DNA of 64,000 nucleotides from Fidelibacterota bacterium (lineage in GTDB: Bacteria; Fidelibacterota; UBA8477; JABMPR01): the NCBI GenBank assembly GCA_018650795.1, contig JABIFG010000272.1, forward strand, positions 10,512 through 74,511, read 5' to 3'. The notes under the pieces are model-generated. The model saw only the letters and a list, made by a program, of their open reading frames with translations. It was not told where the DNA came from and made no database searches. Positions 49,805-59,425 of the stretch are shown here, one piece after another. A program made the position numbers and the translations under genes. The number at the start of each line of letters is the position of its first letter. Position 1 is the first letter of the stretch.

Positions 49805-50599
49805 ATGATTGATATTCATAATCATATGCTTCCAGCAGTAGATGATGGTGCCAAAAATAATGTTGTGGCACTATCTATGCTAAAAGAGGCAGTGAGGCAG
49901 GGGGTTGAGCATCTTGTTTTGACTCCTCACCTATACGAAGTTGACATCATCAAGGGGACTGGAGAGTGGAAAGCTAAGATTGAAGCGGGCAAACGTACTA
50001 TCAGGGAGCTCATTGAAACACACGAACTTCCAGTGGAGATTACAGTCGCCGCCGAAGTACGCTATCAAGATATGTTGCCCATCATTCTTGAAGAACTTGA
50101 TGTCCTTATTGGTGGCAAATACTTACTGCTTGAATTTGCCTTTCATTCCGTTCCAAACAACATTGAACGAATTATCTACGATATTACACGCAAGGGTATT
50201 ACCCCAATCATTGCTCATCCCGAACGTATCAAACCCTGGCAGCGAGATCCAAAAATGTTGGAGGAACTGATTAATATGGGTTGTCCCACTCAATTGGATA
50301 TTGGTTCATTTCTGGGTAAACTTGGTCCAAGCTCAGAGGCGCTTGCCAATTTTTTACTTGAAAGAGATGCAGTGCATCTTGTTGGAAGTGATAGTCACAA
50401 TATCGATTCCAGGGCGCTTTATGCAAAACCTGGATATGACTGGATATCAGAGAGATACGATGTCGAGTATGCTGATTTACTGCTCAAGATCAACCCTGGA
50501 AAGATTCTTAATGGTGAACCTGTGGAGGTATATCCCGTACATCTCGAACCCGGGATATTATCTCTAAAGGACAAAATTATGAATATGTTTAAATCATAA
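49805..50599 (+). CDS. PHP-family protein-tyrosine phosphatase (CpsB/YwqE-like)
   Basis: MIDIHNHMLPAVDDGA N-terminal metal-binding motif; 264 aa. Confidence 0.8.
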   Translation: MIDIHNHMLPAVDDGAKNNVVALSMLKEAVRQGVEHLVLTPHLYEVDIIKGTGEWKAKIEAGKRTIRELIETHELPVEITVAAEVRYQDMLPIILEELDVLIGGKYLLLEFAFHSVPNNIERIIYDITRKGITPIIAHPERIKPWQRDPKMLEELINMGCPTQLDIGSFLGKLGPSSEALANFLLERDAVHLVGSDSHNIDSRALYAKPGYDWISERYDVEYADLLLKINPGKILNGEPVEVYPVHLEPGILSLKDKIMNMFKS

Positions 50600-50615
50600 A
50601 TAGGAGTTACATCCC

Positions 50616-51035
50616 TTGAATAACAATAAACTTAAATTTGTGATCGGCTCTTTAGTAATTATTGCTGCAGTGATTGTGCTGGCAATTCAAGGCATGCAAG
50701 AAGATACCACCATGTCTTACTCAAAGAGTGTAAGTGAAGTTCAATTATTAGGCTCACGAGCATATGCCATGACGCTGAAAGTGAATGGAGATTTAAAAAA
50801 AGGTAGTATTATCAGAAATAATTTGGATCTCGATTTTGTTATCACTGAAGGAAATTCAGAATTGAGCATTCATTACATAGGCAAAGACCCGATTCCAGAC
50901 ACTTTCAATAATGAGATGGATGCTGAAGTTATTGTTTCGGGTAAACTTCAAAAAGATGGTATTTTCCATGCTGAACGCATCCAGGCAAAATGTGCTTCAA
51001 AGTATGAAGCTGATTATTCTTCCCCTGAGATATAA
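50616..51035 (+). CDS. ccmE: cytochrome c-type biogenesis heme chaperone CcmE
   Basis: N-terminal TM anchor and C-terminal H-x3-A-K-C-x-S-K-Y heme-binding region. Confidence 0.85.
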   Translation: MNNNKLKFVIGSLVIIAAVIVLAIQGMQEDTTMSYSKSVSEVQLLGSRAYAMTLKVNGDLKKGSIIRNNLDLDFVITEGNSELSIHYIGKDPIPDTFNNEMDAEVIVSGKLQKDGIFHAERIQAKCASKYEADYSSPEI

Positions 51036-51064
51036 AAATAGAGACATAGTTAGGATTCAATTAT

Positions 51065-53047
51065 ATGGCTGATTTAGGAAACATTCTTTTATTTTTTCTA
51101 TTCCCGGTAAGCGTGTTTACCGCACTAACTGCATTAGCAGCTGGGATTACAAAGCGTAGAGGGCTATTAGAGGCTGCCAGAAGAGGCGCCTATGCAGCAT
51201 TTGCAGTAACAACACTCGCTGTACTTGCTTTGGAGTATCTGTTGGTTACCAGTGACTTTTCAATCGAATATGTTGCTTCTAATACCAACTTTGCCTTACC
51301 ATTATTTTATAAAATCGTGGCTCTGTGGGCTGGTCATAACGGATCACTATTACTGTGGACATGGATTGTAACCATTTTCATAGCTATCGTTGCTTACCAG
51401 CATCGGCACAAAAATAATGATCTCATGCCATATGTTCTGTTTGTCATGGGATCCACAATGGTATTCTTCTCAATCCTGAGTGTATTTATTTCAAATCCAT
51501 TTCAGACACTTTATCAAGAAGTTGGGAATACTCTACAAGAATTTACGGCTCGTGATGGACATGGATTAAATCCCTTGCTCCAGCATCCTGCCATGGTGAT
51601 CCATCCACCTGTTCTGTTCATTGGATACGTTGGTTCAGTAGTCCCTTTTGCATTCGCGATTGCCGCGCTGATTACAGGGAAACTTGGTACAGAGTGGATT
51701 CACACCACCAGACGCTGGGCTCTAACTACCTGGGGTTTTCTTGCCGTAGGCATCATATTGGGCGGTAAATGGGCTTATGTTGAACTGGGTTGGGGTGGAT
51801 ACTGGGCCTGGGATCCTGTGGAAAATGCTTCCTTGCTACCCTGGTTGACATCCACTGCTTACTTGCATTCTGTTATGATTCAAGAGCGTAAGGGTATGTT
51901 GAAGATCTGGAATATGGCCCTGGTTATTGCCACCTATTTACTGGCAATATTTGGTACATTCCTGACACGTAGCGGCATCGTGAGTTCCGTGCATGCTTTT
52001 GCAAATTCCGGTCTGGGACCAGCATTTGCAATCTTTCTAAGTATGGGTATTATTTTCAGCGTGACCCTGCTTCTATATCGTCGTAAAGATTTGAAACCGG
52101 ATGAAGAGATGGAATCTCTGGTTTCCAGGGAAAGTGGATTTCTCTTTAATAATTTACTCTTCTTGTTGGCCACCATAGCTGTATTGTGGGGCACCATGTT
52201 TCCAGTTATCAGTGAACTTTTCACTGGAGATCAGATTACCGTTGGCCCTCCTTGGTTCAATAATATCATGATTCCCATCGGTCTGGCACTCCTTCTATTG
52301 ACAGGAGCCGGGCCTCTCTTGGCCTGGCGACACACATCAGTAGAAACCTTGAAACGTAGTTTTGGCTGGCCTATACTGGGTAGCATCATATTTATAATGG
52401 CCCTGTATGCATTTGGTATACATGATGGCTGGGCATTGGGCTCTTTCGCGATCTCATTCTTTGTAATGTGGACCATTCTGGTAGAATTCGTAAAAGGTGC
52501 AAATATTCGACGTAAAAATTCTGGTGAGAATTTTCTATTGGCAATGTATATGCTCTCCAGGAAGAATACGCGTAGATATGGTGGTTATCTGATACACGCA
52601 GCTATGGTTGTCATGTTTGTAGGTTTTACTGGCAACGCTTTCAACTCAGAGACCAGAGCAGAAGTGGGTGAGGGAGACTCCTTCAATTTGGGTCCTTATA
52701 CCTTCAATGCTATTCAGATTACTGAAGCCCAGACTGAGAACTACTCTTCCCAGACTTTAGAGTTGGAAATGTTCAGAAATGATCGACTCATAAGTACCAT
52801 ATCGCCAGAAAAACGATATTACTTCGCATCCGAGCAGCCCTCGACGGAAGTTGACATCTATTCCACATTACGAGAGGATATATATGCTGTTCTCTCAGGA
52901 ATGAGCAATGATGGGACTAAAGTCATTGTTCAGGTTTATAGGAATCCACTTGTAAATATGGTTTGGATAGGTGCTTTTATCATGGGTATCGGAACCTTGT
53001 TTGCAATGTTGCCCAATCTGCGTGAAAATAAAGCAGGAGACAAATAA
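51065..53047 (+). CDS. ccmF: cytochrome c-type biogenesis protein CcmF (heme lyase)
   Basis: WWD domain GWGGYWAWDPVENASLLPW and conserved His. 660 aa, polytopic. Confidence 0.9.
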   Translation: MADLGNILLFFLFPVSVFTALTALAAGITKRRGLLEAARRGAYAAFAVTTLAVLALEYLLVTSDFSIEYVASNTNFALPLFYKIVALWAGHNGSLLLWTWIVTIFIAIVAYQHRHKNNDLMPYVLFVMGSTMVFFSILSVFISNPFQTLYQEVGNTLQEFTARDGHGLNPLLQHPAMVIHPPVLFIGYVGSVVPFAFAIAALITGKLGTEWIHTTRRWALTTWGFLAVGIILGGKWAYVELGWGGYWAWDPVENASLLPWLTSTAYLHSVMIQERKGMLKIWNMALVIATYLLAIFGTFLTRSGIVSSVHAFANSGLGPAFAIFLSMGIIFSVTLLLYRRKDLKPDEEMESLVSRESGFLFNNLLFLLATIAVLWGTMFPVISELFTGDQITVGPPWFNNIMIPIGLALLLLTGAGPLLAWRHTSVETLKRSFGWPILGSIIFIMALYAFGIHDGWALGSFAISFFVMWTILVEFVKGANIRRKNSGENFLLAMYMLSRKNTRRYGGYLIHAAMVVMFVGFTGNAFNSETRAEVGEGDSFNLGPYTFNAIQITEAQTENYSSQTLELEMFRNDRLISTISPEKRYYFASEQPSTEVDIYSTLREDIYAVLSGMSNDGTKVIVQVYRNPLVNMVWIGAFIMGIGTLFAMLPNLRENKAGDK

Positions 53048-53475
53048 TGAGTTTTCTCGCATACACAACAGGCATTGCTTTTCTCATCTGGATTATTTTA
53101 CCTCTATTCAAAAAGGATAGTACCTGGGTCTCGCTTTATATGGAAGCCGATGAACTAGCTGACAAGAAAAAGCGAGTTTACGGAAATATAGCTGATCTCG
53201 AATTTGATTTTGCCATGGGACGTCTGAGTGAAAAGGATTTCAAGCATATCCGTCAGGCATTTCTAAGTGAGGCCGGTCGAGTTATTGAAAAGCTGGAAAG
53301 CCAAAAATCCAGTGCATTCATGGATCGTATAGAAAATGATATCAGCAATCTTGGTAAAAAGAGGAAGACCAAAAAGAAAAATAAGAATCGCTCAAAGGTC
53401 TTTTGTATTGAATGTGGAACAGAGAACCTTCCTGAAGCAAAATTCTGCATGAAATGTGGAAAGGAGATGTCATGA
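53047..53475 (+). CDS. membrane-anchored protein with C-terminal zinc-ribbon, function unknown (ccm operon member X)
   Basis: One N-terminal TM helix followed by KKD (positive-inside), a coiled-coil-like middle, a lysine-rich linker and CIECG-x12-CMKCG. ATG overlaps the ccmF TAA by 1 nt. Confidence 0.55.
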   Translation: MSFLAYTTGIAFLIWIILPLFKKDSTWVSLYMEADELADKKKRVYGNIADLEFDFAMGRLSEKDFKHIRQAFLSEAGRVIEKLESQKSSAFMDRIENDISNLGKKRKTKKKNKNRSKVFCIECGTENLPEAKFCMKCGKEMS

Positions 53476-54632
53476 AACCTCAATTTCTGAAGCACCTCCT
53501 GATTTTCCAACTTTTAGTGAGCCTCAACTATGCAGGTGATTTACGTGTCAATATCATTAATGGCACATCGAATGAATCTGGCAATGCTGATCGTGTGGCG
53601 CTTTTGGATTTGGCCGCAGGAATGGTGGAAATTGCTTCTGCCACTGATGTTGTGAAATCGACGACTTTTAGTGAGCTTGCATCCACTGGACAGGCTCAAT
53701 ATCTGATTCGGGCAACCCTAGGCGGAGTAAGCTATTCCGCCATGTTTGTCCCCACACCAGGTGTCACAGCCTGGGAAACCTCAATTACTGTTTATGAGTC
53801 AAGTGAAACTGTTCATGATCTTAATGCCTCTGTTCCATTTTTTGTGATTTATGGCTTTGAGGATAAGCTATATATTCAAAAACGAATTATTCTCGAGAAT
53901 GTATCTTCACCACCTGTGACTTTCGCTGGCACTCCCGGTGTGGCCAATCTTCATATCCCAAAAAATATTACTGAGCTTGAATATTTGACATTTAAATCAG
54001 GTACTATGCCTGTAAAAACAGCCCCCATTGATACTGATAATGGTCAGGTGCTGCCAAATCCTATCAAACCAGGTGTGTCAGAGATTGATATGGCGTACTA
54101 TACTGCCTATGATCCTAACACCACTGTGCTTACGGAGCTGGTGGGCTATGATATCGATCATTTTCATGTTTATGCCATGCCCATAGATCTTAATATTTCT
54201 GCACCAGGACTCTCTCGCGAGGGGACAGACAATGAAAATGGTTTGGCAATATACGCTCTTGAAAAGGTCAAGGCTGGAACCATGTTAGAATTTCAGATAT
54301 CAGGGAAAGGCATGTCCGAGTCGGATCCGAGTGAACACGAACAACACCAGCAAAATACAGGCAAGATTGTTATTGAGAATCGGATTGATACAAATGTAGA
54401 GCTGACTATTGCCGGTGTTTTGATCATGGCAATTCTGATTTCGCTCTTTGTTTCCGTAACTCAGCAAAGTGAAGATTTAAAGCAAGAATCTGTGGAGATG
54501 CTAAAAAGGCAGAAATCTGATCTTTTGAAGCAGTATGCAAAACTTGATGAAGCCTCATCAGGTAAAGATGAAAAGGATCGAATCCTATATCGTCTAGTCT
54601 CAGTATATAAAACCCTGGATCGGATTAAATAA
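53472..54632 (+). CDS. secreted protein with C-terminal TM anchor and cytoplasmic coiled-coil tail, function unknown (ccm operon member Y)
   Basis: Signal peptide MKPQFLKHLLIFQLLVSLNYAG, about 300 aa extracytoplasmic domain, one TM, about 60 aa charged tail. The likely start at 53472 is preceded by AAAGGAG and overlaps the upstream stop (ATGA). The ORF-track start at 53454 is probably too early. Confidence 0.55.
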   Translation: MKPQFLKHLLIFQLLVSLNYAGDLRVNIINGTSNESGNADRVALLDLAAGMVEIASATDVVKSTTFSELASTGQAQYLIRATLGGVSYSAMFVPTPGVTAWETSITVYESSETVHDLNASVPFFVIYGFEDKLYIQKRIILENVSSPPVTFAGTPGVANLHIPKNITELEYLTFKSGTMPVKTAPIDTDNGQVLPNPIKPGVSEIDMAYYTAYDPNTTVLTELVGYDIDHFHVYAMPIDLNISAPGLSREGTDNENGLAIYALEKVKAGTMLEFQISGKGMSESDPSEHEQHQQNTGKIVIENRIDTNVELTIAGVLIMAILISLFVSVTQQSEDLKQESVEMLKRQKSDLLKQYAKLDEASSGKDEKDRILYRLVSVYKTLDRIK

Positions 54633-54633
54633 T

Positions 54634-55350
54634 TTGAGCGTGCCTGCTCTAGAAGTTTCAGGTGTTTCCAAAGATTTTGGACGCATCATTGCCTTACGTG
54701 ATGTGACATTCTCTGTTCAACCTGGGGAGTTTGTCAGCATCCTAGGACGCAATGGAGCCGGAAAAACTACACTCCTGAACATTATCAGCGGAGTGTCAAG
54801 ACCCAGTGAGGGGACTGTTCAACTTTTTGGCACAAATCCCAGCGATCGTGAGAATAAAGCCAAGTTGGCTGTAATATCCCATGAAATGTTCCTGTACGGT
54901 AATCTAACCGCCCTCGAAAATCTTGAATACTATAGTCGCATCTATAGTGTTCCTGATGCGCAGGAGCGTATTGAGACGGTGTTGAAGGATGTTGAACTTA
55001 CTCATCGGCGCTTCGATCTGGTTGCGACCTATAGCAGGGGCATGACCCAACGCTTGACCATTGCCAGAGCTTTACTCCATGAACCATCTTTATTGCTTCT
55101 GGATGAACCATTCACAGGGCTGGATCAACATGCGATCGGAATGTTGATCACCTTATTAAAGAGGCAGAAGGAAATGGGTCGCACCATTCTTCTGACCACG
55201 CATGACCTCCATACCGCAACAGCATTATCCGATCGATATCTTGTTATTTCAAAGCATAAAATCGTAAAGGACGGATTGATCGTGGATACAAATCCTGATA
55301 AAATCCGACAAGCATTTTTCAGCTCAGAAGTTGAGGAAGGCGTCTCATGA
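54634..55350 (+). CDS. ccmA: heme exporter ATP-binding protein CcmA (ABC)
   Basis: Walker A GRNGAGKTT, signature and Walker B LLLLDEP. TTG start 2 nt after the Y stop. Confidence 0.8.
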   Translation: MSVPALEVSGVSKDFGRIIALRDVTFSVQPGEFVSILGRNGAGKTTLLNIISGVSRPSEGTVQLFGTNPSDRENKAKLAVISHEMFLYGNLTALENLEYYSRIYSVPDAQERIETVLKDVELTHRRFDLVATYSRGMTQRLTIARALLHEPSLLLLDEPFTGLDQHAIGMLITLLKRQKEMGRTILLTTHDLHTATALSDRYLVISKHKIVKDGLIVDTNPDKIRQAFFSSEVEEGVS

Positions 55351-56018
55351 TGAGCACAGCATTTTCAATTCTGAAAAAAGATCTGCGCATGGAGTTCAGA
55401 TCCAAAGAGAGTATTCTCGCAATGTGGATTTTCTCGTTGCTAATTTTTGTTATTTTTAATTTTACGTTTGAAGTTTCCAGATTAGTTATGCTGGAAATTG
55501 CTCCTGGATTGCTCTGGGTGGCTTTTGTATTCTCAGGAATGTTTGGTCTGAATCAATCTTTTTCAATGGAAAAAGAAAACGGAAATCTGCGGGCCATGGC
55601 TCTCATGCCTGTAGATGGTGGGCAAATATATGTGGGCAAATTTTTGAGTGTCACCATAATCATGCTCATGTTCGAGGCTTTGATTTTTCCAATATTTATC
55701 ATCTTTTATGATTTGCAGCTTTCCCTTGGGATGTTCATGCTTATTCCGGTTTTACTGGCTGGGACCATTGGGTTTACTAGCCTGGGAACGATCCTCTCTG
55801 CTGTAGCAGTCCACACCAGAAATCAACAGATCCTATTATCCTTATTGTTGTGGCCCCTGGTTTCGCCTATCATCATTTGGTCAGTAACCTTGACAGGCAT
55901 GGTCTTAAGTGGTGAAATGACTGAAGCCTGTTACCCACTTCTTGTAAGGGTGGGGGCATTTGATGTCATATTTTTCACGTTATCCTATATGCTCTTTGAT
56001 TTCATCCTGGAAGATTAG
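55347..56018 (+). CDS. ccmB: heme exporter permease CcmB
   Basis: Six-TM, about 220 aa. Overlaps the ccmA stop. Confidence 0.8.
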   Translation: MMSTAFSILKKDLRMEFRSKESILAMWIFSLLIFVIFNFTFEVSRLVMLEIAPGLLWVAFVFSGMFGLNQSFSMEKENGNLRAMALMPVDGGQIYVGKFLSVTIIMLMFEALIFPIFIIFYDLQLSLGMFMLIPVLLAGTIGFTSLGTILSAVAVHTRNQQILLSLLLWPLVSPIIIWSVTLTGMVLSGEMTEACYPLLVRVGAFDVIFFTLSYMLFDFILED

Positions 56019-56055
56019 GATGAATAAACTCAGACAAAATAATTAAAGGCCATCC

Positions 56056-56748
56056 ATGAGATCCAAAATTGATAAAATATTACTCATTATTCTGCTCATC
56101 GCTTTTTTGGTAAGCATTTATTTAATCTTCCAATGGGTACCTCAAATCAAAGCATCAAACCCCGCAGAACAAATTGCACAGAGGATATTCTATTTCCATG
56201 TCCCCAGTGCCTGGCTGGGATTTATGGCCTTCTTTGTAGTATTTTGTGGTAGTGTAGCTTACCTGGTCACGCGTGACCGCAAATATGAACTCATCTCAGT
56301 TGCTTCAGCTGAAATAGGTGTGTTGTTCATCTCGCTAGTTTTGATAACTGGTCCTATCTGGGCAAAACCCGTTTGGGGCATTTGGTGGACCTGGGATGTA
56401 CGTTTGACGTCTTCCTTGATCCTGTGGCTTATCTATGTGGCCTTCCTCATGTTGCGCCGCTATTTGCCCGATGGTAGCAAACGCGCTAATCTGTCTGCAG
56501 TTGTAGGAATTATCGGTTTTATTGATGTACCTATTGTTTACTATTCAATTCGCTGGTGGGAAACACAACATCCCAAAGCAGTGATGGCCAGTAGTGAGGG
56601 AAGTCTAGCAGCACCTATGTTTTTCGCATTTATGTTCTCGTTGGCAACATTTACACTGCTATATGTGTACTTGATTCGCAAACGCTATCAGTTATTAGCG
56701 CTGGAGGACACCATAAATAAGCAGTTCAAAGAAATGGAGATTCTATAA
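56056..56748 (+). CDS. ccmC: heme exporter protein CcmC
   Basis: WWD motif WGIWWTWDVRLTSS. Confidence 0.9.
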   Translation: MRSKIDKILLIILLIAFLVSIYLIFQWVPQIKASNPAEQIAQRIFYFHVPSAWLGFMAFFVVFCGSVAYLVTRDRKYELISVASAEIGVLFISLVLITGPIWAKPVWGIWWTWDVRLTSSLILWLIYVAFLMLRRYLPDGSKRANLSAVVGIIGFIDVPIVYYSIRWWETQHPKAVMASSEGSLAAPMFFAFMFSLATFTLLYVYLIRKRYQLLALEDTINKQFKEMEIL

Positions 56749-56892
56749 ATGGATGCCTTTGTTTATCTATTCCTGGCGTATGGCTTTATCTGGTTGGGAA
56801 TTTTTGGTTTTATCTGGTATATGAATAAAAAAGTAGATCATTTGAACCAGGAAATGATACTCCTTAAAGAGCTCATCGACCAAAAGAAATAG
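56749..56892 (+). CDS. ccmD: heme exporter protein CcmD (47 aa; absent from the ORF track because it is below the length cutoff)
   Basis: ATG immediately after the ccmC TAA. Translates to MDAFVYLFLAYGFIWLGIFGFIWYMNKKVDHLNQEMILLKELIDQKK: a single TM followed by a charged tail, with the size and position expected of CcmD. Confidence 0.6.
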   Translation: MDAFVYLFLAYGFIWLGIFGFIWYMNKKVDHLNQEMILLKELIDQKK

Positions 56893-56904
56893 GGGATAGA
56901 CGAG

Positions 56905-57978
56905 ATGACTAAGAAAATTGTACACGTTGTAGGTACGGGCACAATTGGAGAGCCATTAATTGGACTACTTTCTGATTATAAATCCGATCTCGGAATCGAT
57001 GAAATCACCTTTCACAAACGCACACCCCTGAAGAGTGAGCATGCCAAGGTCTTACGCTTACTTAAGCGAGGAGCTCGTTTGGTGACTGACCAAGAGGCAT
57101 TTGAAGGTTTTAAGGATATAGGATTATCACCTGCATTTTCCACAGTTGAAGCAATTGACAGAGCCTGTGTGGTTATAGATTGTACTCCTAAGGGAGTGGG
57201 TCATAAAAACAAGGTCAATTACTATCATAATTATGATCATAACACTTTGGGGTTCATTGCTCAAGGAAGCGAAACTGGTTTCGGTAAACCATATGCACGC
57301 GGAATTAATGATGAAGCTCTGATTCATGGAGAAGATCGGTTTTTACAAGTCGTCTCGTGTAATACGCACAACCTTTCTTCTCTTGTGAAAACCATTGGTA
57401 TCCACAATGGAGATCCTGATAACCTCCTGGATGGACGTTTTGTGATGATTCGTAGAGCCAATGATTTAAGTCAGGCCAACGATTTTATTCCTGCCCCTGA
57501 AGTCGGTCATCATTCCTCAGACCGCTACGGTACGCATCACGCAAAAGATGCAGCAAATCTATTTAAAACACTGGGATATGATCTCAATATATTTTCATCA
57601 GCCATGAAACTGAACACGCAATACATGCATATTGTTCATTTCAATCTGAAGATGAAAGAACCCCTGACAATGACTGAGGTGATGGAAATCTTTGAAAACA
57701 ATCCATTGGTGGCAATAACTGAGAAGAAACTTTCATCACAGGTATTTTCATTTGGTAGAGATCATGGTCACTATGGCCGTATCTTGAATCAGATGGTTAT
57801 TTCTATTCCAAGTCTTCAACTGATTGACGGTGGTAAAGAATTGGTCGGATTTTGTTTCACTCCCCAGGATGGAAATTCACTGCTAAGTTCGATCTCAGCA
57901 GCCACATGGTTTATGTATCCAAATTCATATGAACAGAAGATTCAATCTCTATCTGATTGGTTCTTTGATGAGGTATAA
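56905..57978 (+). CDS. type II (archaeal-type) glyceraldehyde-3-phosphate dehydrogenase
   Basis: VVGTGTIG N-terminus, catalytic VVSCNTHNL and VMIRRAND blocks. Collinear with archaeal GAPDH (VVSCNTTGL / VMIRRAADP). 357 aa. Confidence 0.8.
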   Translation: MTKKIVHVVGTGTIGEPLIGLLSDYKSDLGIDEITFHKRTPLKSEHAKVLRLLKRGARLVTDQEAFEGFKDIGLSPAFSTVEAIDRACVVIDCTPKGVGHKNKVNYYHNYDHNTLGFIAQGSETGFGKPYARGINDEALIHGEDRFLQVVSCNTHNLSSLVKTIGIHNGDPDNLLDGRFVMIRRANDLSQANDFIPAPEVGHHSSDRYGTHHAKDAANLFKTLGYDLNIFSSAMKLNTQYMHIVHFNLKMKEPLTMTEVMEIFENNPLVAITEKKLSSQVFSFGRDHGHYGRILNQMVISIPSLQLIDGGKELVGFCFTPQDGNSLLSSISAATWFMYPNSYEQKIQSLSDWFFDEV

Positions 57979-58007
57979 TCATCTTTCAAAATATTAATGA
58001 AGATAAA

Positions 58008-58039
58008 GCGACTCTATTTACTAAGTAGGGTCGTTTTTT
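58008..58039 (+). terminator. Rho-independent terminator after the GAPDH gene
   Basis: cgactct-N11-agggtcg followed by T6. Confidence 0.65.
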
Positions 58040-58042
58040 ATT

Positions 58043-59425
58043 ATGCTAACCAACGCAACATTTAGAGAATATTGCCAATCACAGAGTTGGTATAGACCCG
58101 GTCTCAAAATATTAATTGGCTGCTCAGGTGGCGTTGATTCAACTGTTCTCCTACATTTGTTCCGCAAGATTCCAGAAATCCAAATCAGTATTGTACATTT
58201 TGATCATCAACTCAGGGGAGCTGACAGTGATGCAGATAGAGAATTTGTAGAAGAAATGTCATTTAAGCTTGGTTACTCCGTACATGTATTTGCTGAAGAC
58301 ATTGCCAATTATGCTGCAAAAAACACTCTGAGCGTAGAAGAAGCAGGTAGTATCAGACGTAGATCTACATTTCTAGGCCTTAAGGAGGAACTGGGGTATG
58401 ACTATGTTGCGACTGGTCAACACCAGGATGATCAGATTGAAACCATACTGATAAACCTGTACCAAGGGAGTGGTATTCAAGGATTAACCGGGACCAGTGA
58501 GAGATATAGTGGTTTCATCCGACCTTTGCTTGGATTCTCGCGTGAACAGATCATGCAATATTCAGATGATCAAAAGCTCAAGTATCGCACTGACAAATCA
58601 AATACAGACACAACCTTTTTAAGAAATAACATCAGAGCCAATATTATTCCTGGATTGATCGATAATTATGATATTGAGCTGAGAGCCTGTATTAAGAGCA
58701 TAATCCAAGCTGGACAGGCTTTAAAAGCCTTGATAGATACAAGCATAGAAGATGTTGATATAAAAGAGTTTAGCACGTATTATGTCCCGAAAATAGCATT
58801 AGGAATGGGTCTGCTCCCCGACTATTTTTCGCCGATCCAAAAGGCGATTTTTGACAGAGCTTTTCAATTTATTTCTTTGATGCCTCAGGGAATCTCATCC
58901 AGCCATTTTCGAGCCTTGAAATCGTTGTTTGGAGACGAAGCCATAGGAAAGGAAATTCAGCTACCAATCTCGGTGAGCGCCTGTCGGAATAGAGAAGGGG
59001 TAATTCTTTATAAGAAATCAGATTATAATTGGTCTCAATCACAGTTGTCAATCACCAGCAACAGTAAGTTTCCATTTTTTATAATCGAAGATACCACTTC
59101 AAATCTTGGGAATCATTTACAAGACCCGTCATATTTCTGGTACGTTCATGATCCAGAAGCATACACATTTCGAGTAATTGAGTCCGGTGATAGGTTGGTG
59201 GTTGATGCCTCAGGTAGATCAATTTCCGTTAACCAAATCTTGCAATCCGCACGCGTCGCGCCATTCCTGAAAGCATTTTACCCTGTCATGGAATATGATG
59301 GTGAAATCTTATGGGTACCTGGCATTAGAACAGCATACCCGGTGATGGTTTCTGCGAATGTGGTCAAAGAAAATGAGTTAAAGCACTGTATAAAGGTTCA
59401 ATTTCAAAAGGGAACGTTTGAATGA
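58043..59425 (+). CDS. tilS: tRNA(Ile)-lysidine synthetase
   Basis: PP-loop LIGCSGGVDSTVLLH; 460 aa. Confidence 0.9.
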   Translation: MLTNATFREYCQSQSWYRPGLKILIGCSGGVDSTVLLHLFRKIPEIQISIVHFDHQLRGADSDADREFVEEMSFKLGYSVHVFAEDIANYAAKNTLSVEEAGSIRRRSTFLGLKEELGYDYVATGQHQDDQIETILINLYQGSGIQGLTGTSERYSGFIRPLLGFSREQIMQYSDDQKLKYRTDKSNTDTTFLRNNIRANIIPGLIDNYDIELRACIKSIIQAGQALKALIDTSIEDVDIKEFSTYYVPKIALGMGLLPDYFSPIQKAIFDRAFQFISLMPQGISSSHFRALKSLFGDEAIGKEIQLPISVSACRNREGVILYKKSDYNWSQSQLSITSNSKFPFFIIEDTTSNLGNHLQDPSYFWYVHDPEAYTFRVIESGDRLVVDASGRSISVNQILQSARVAPFLKAFYPVMEYDGEILWVPGIRTAYPVMVSANVVKENELKHCIKVQFQKGTFE

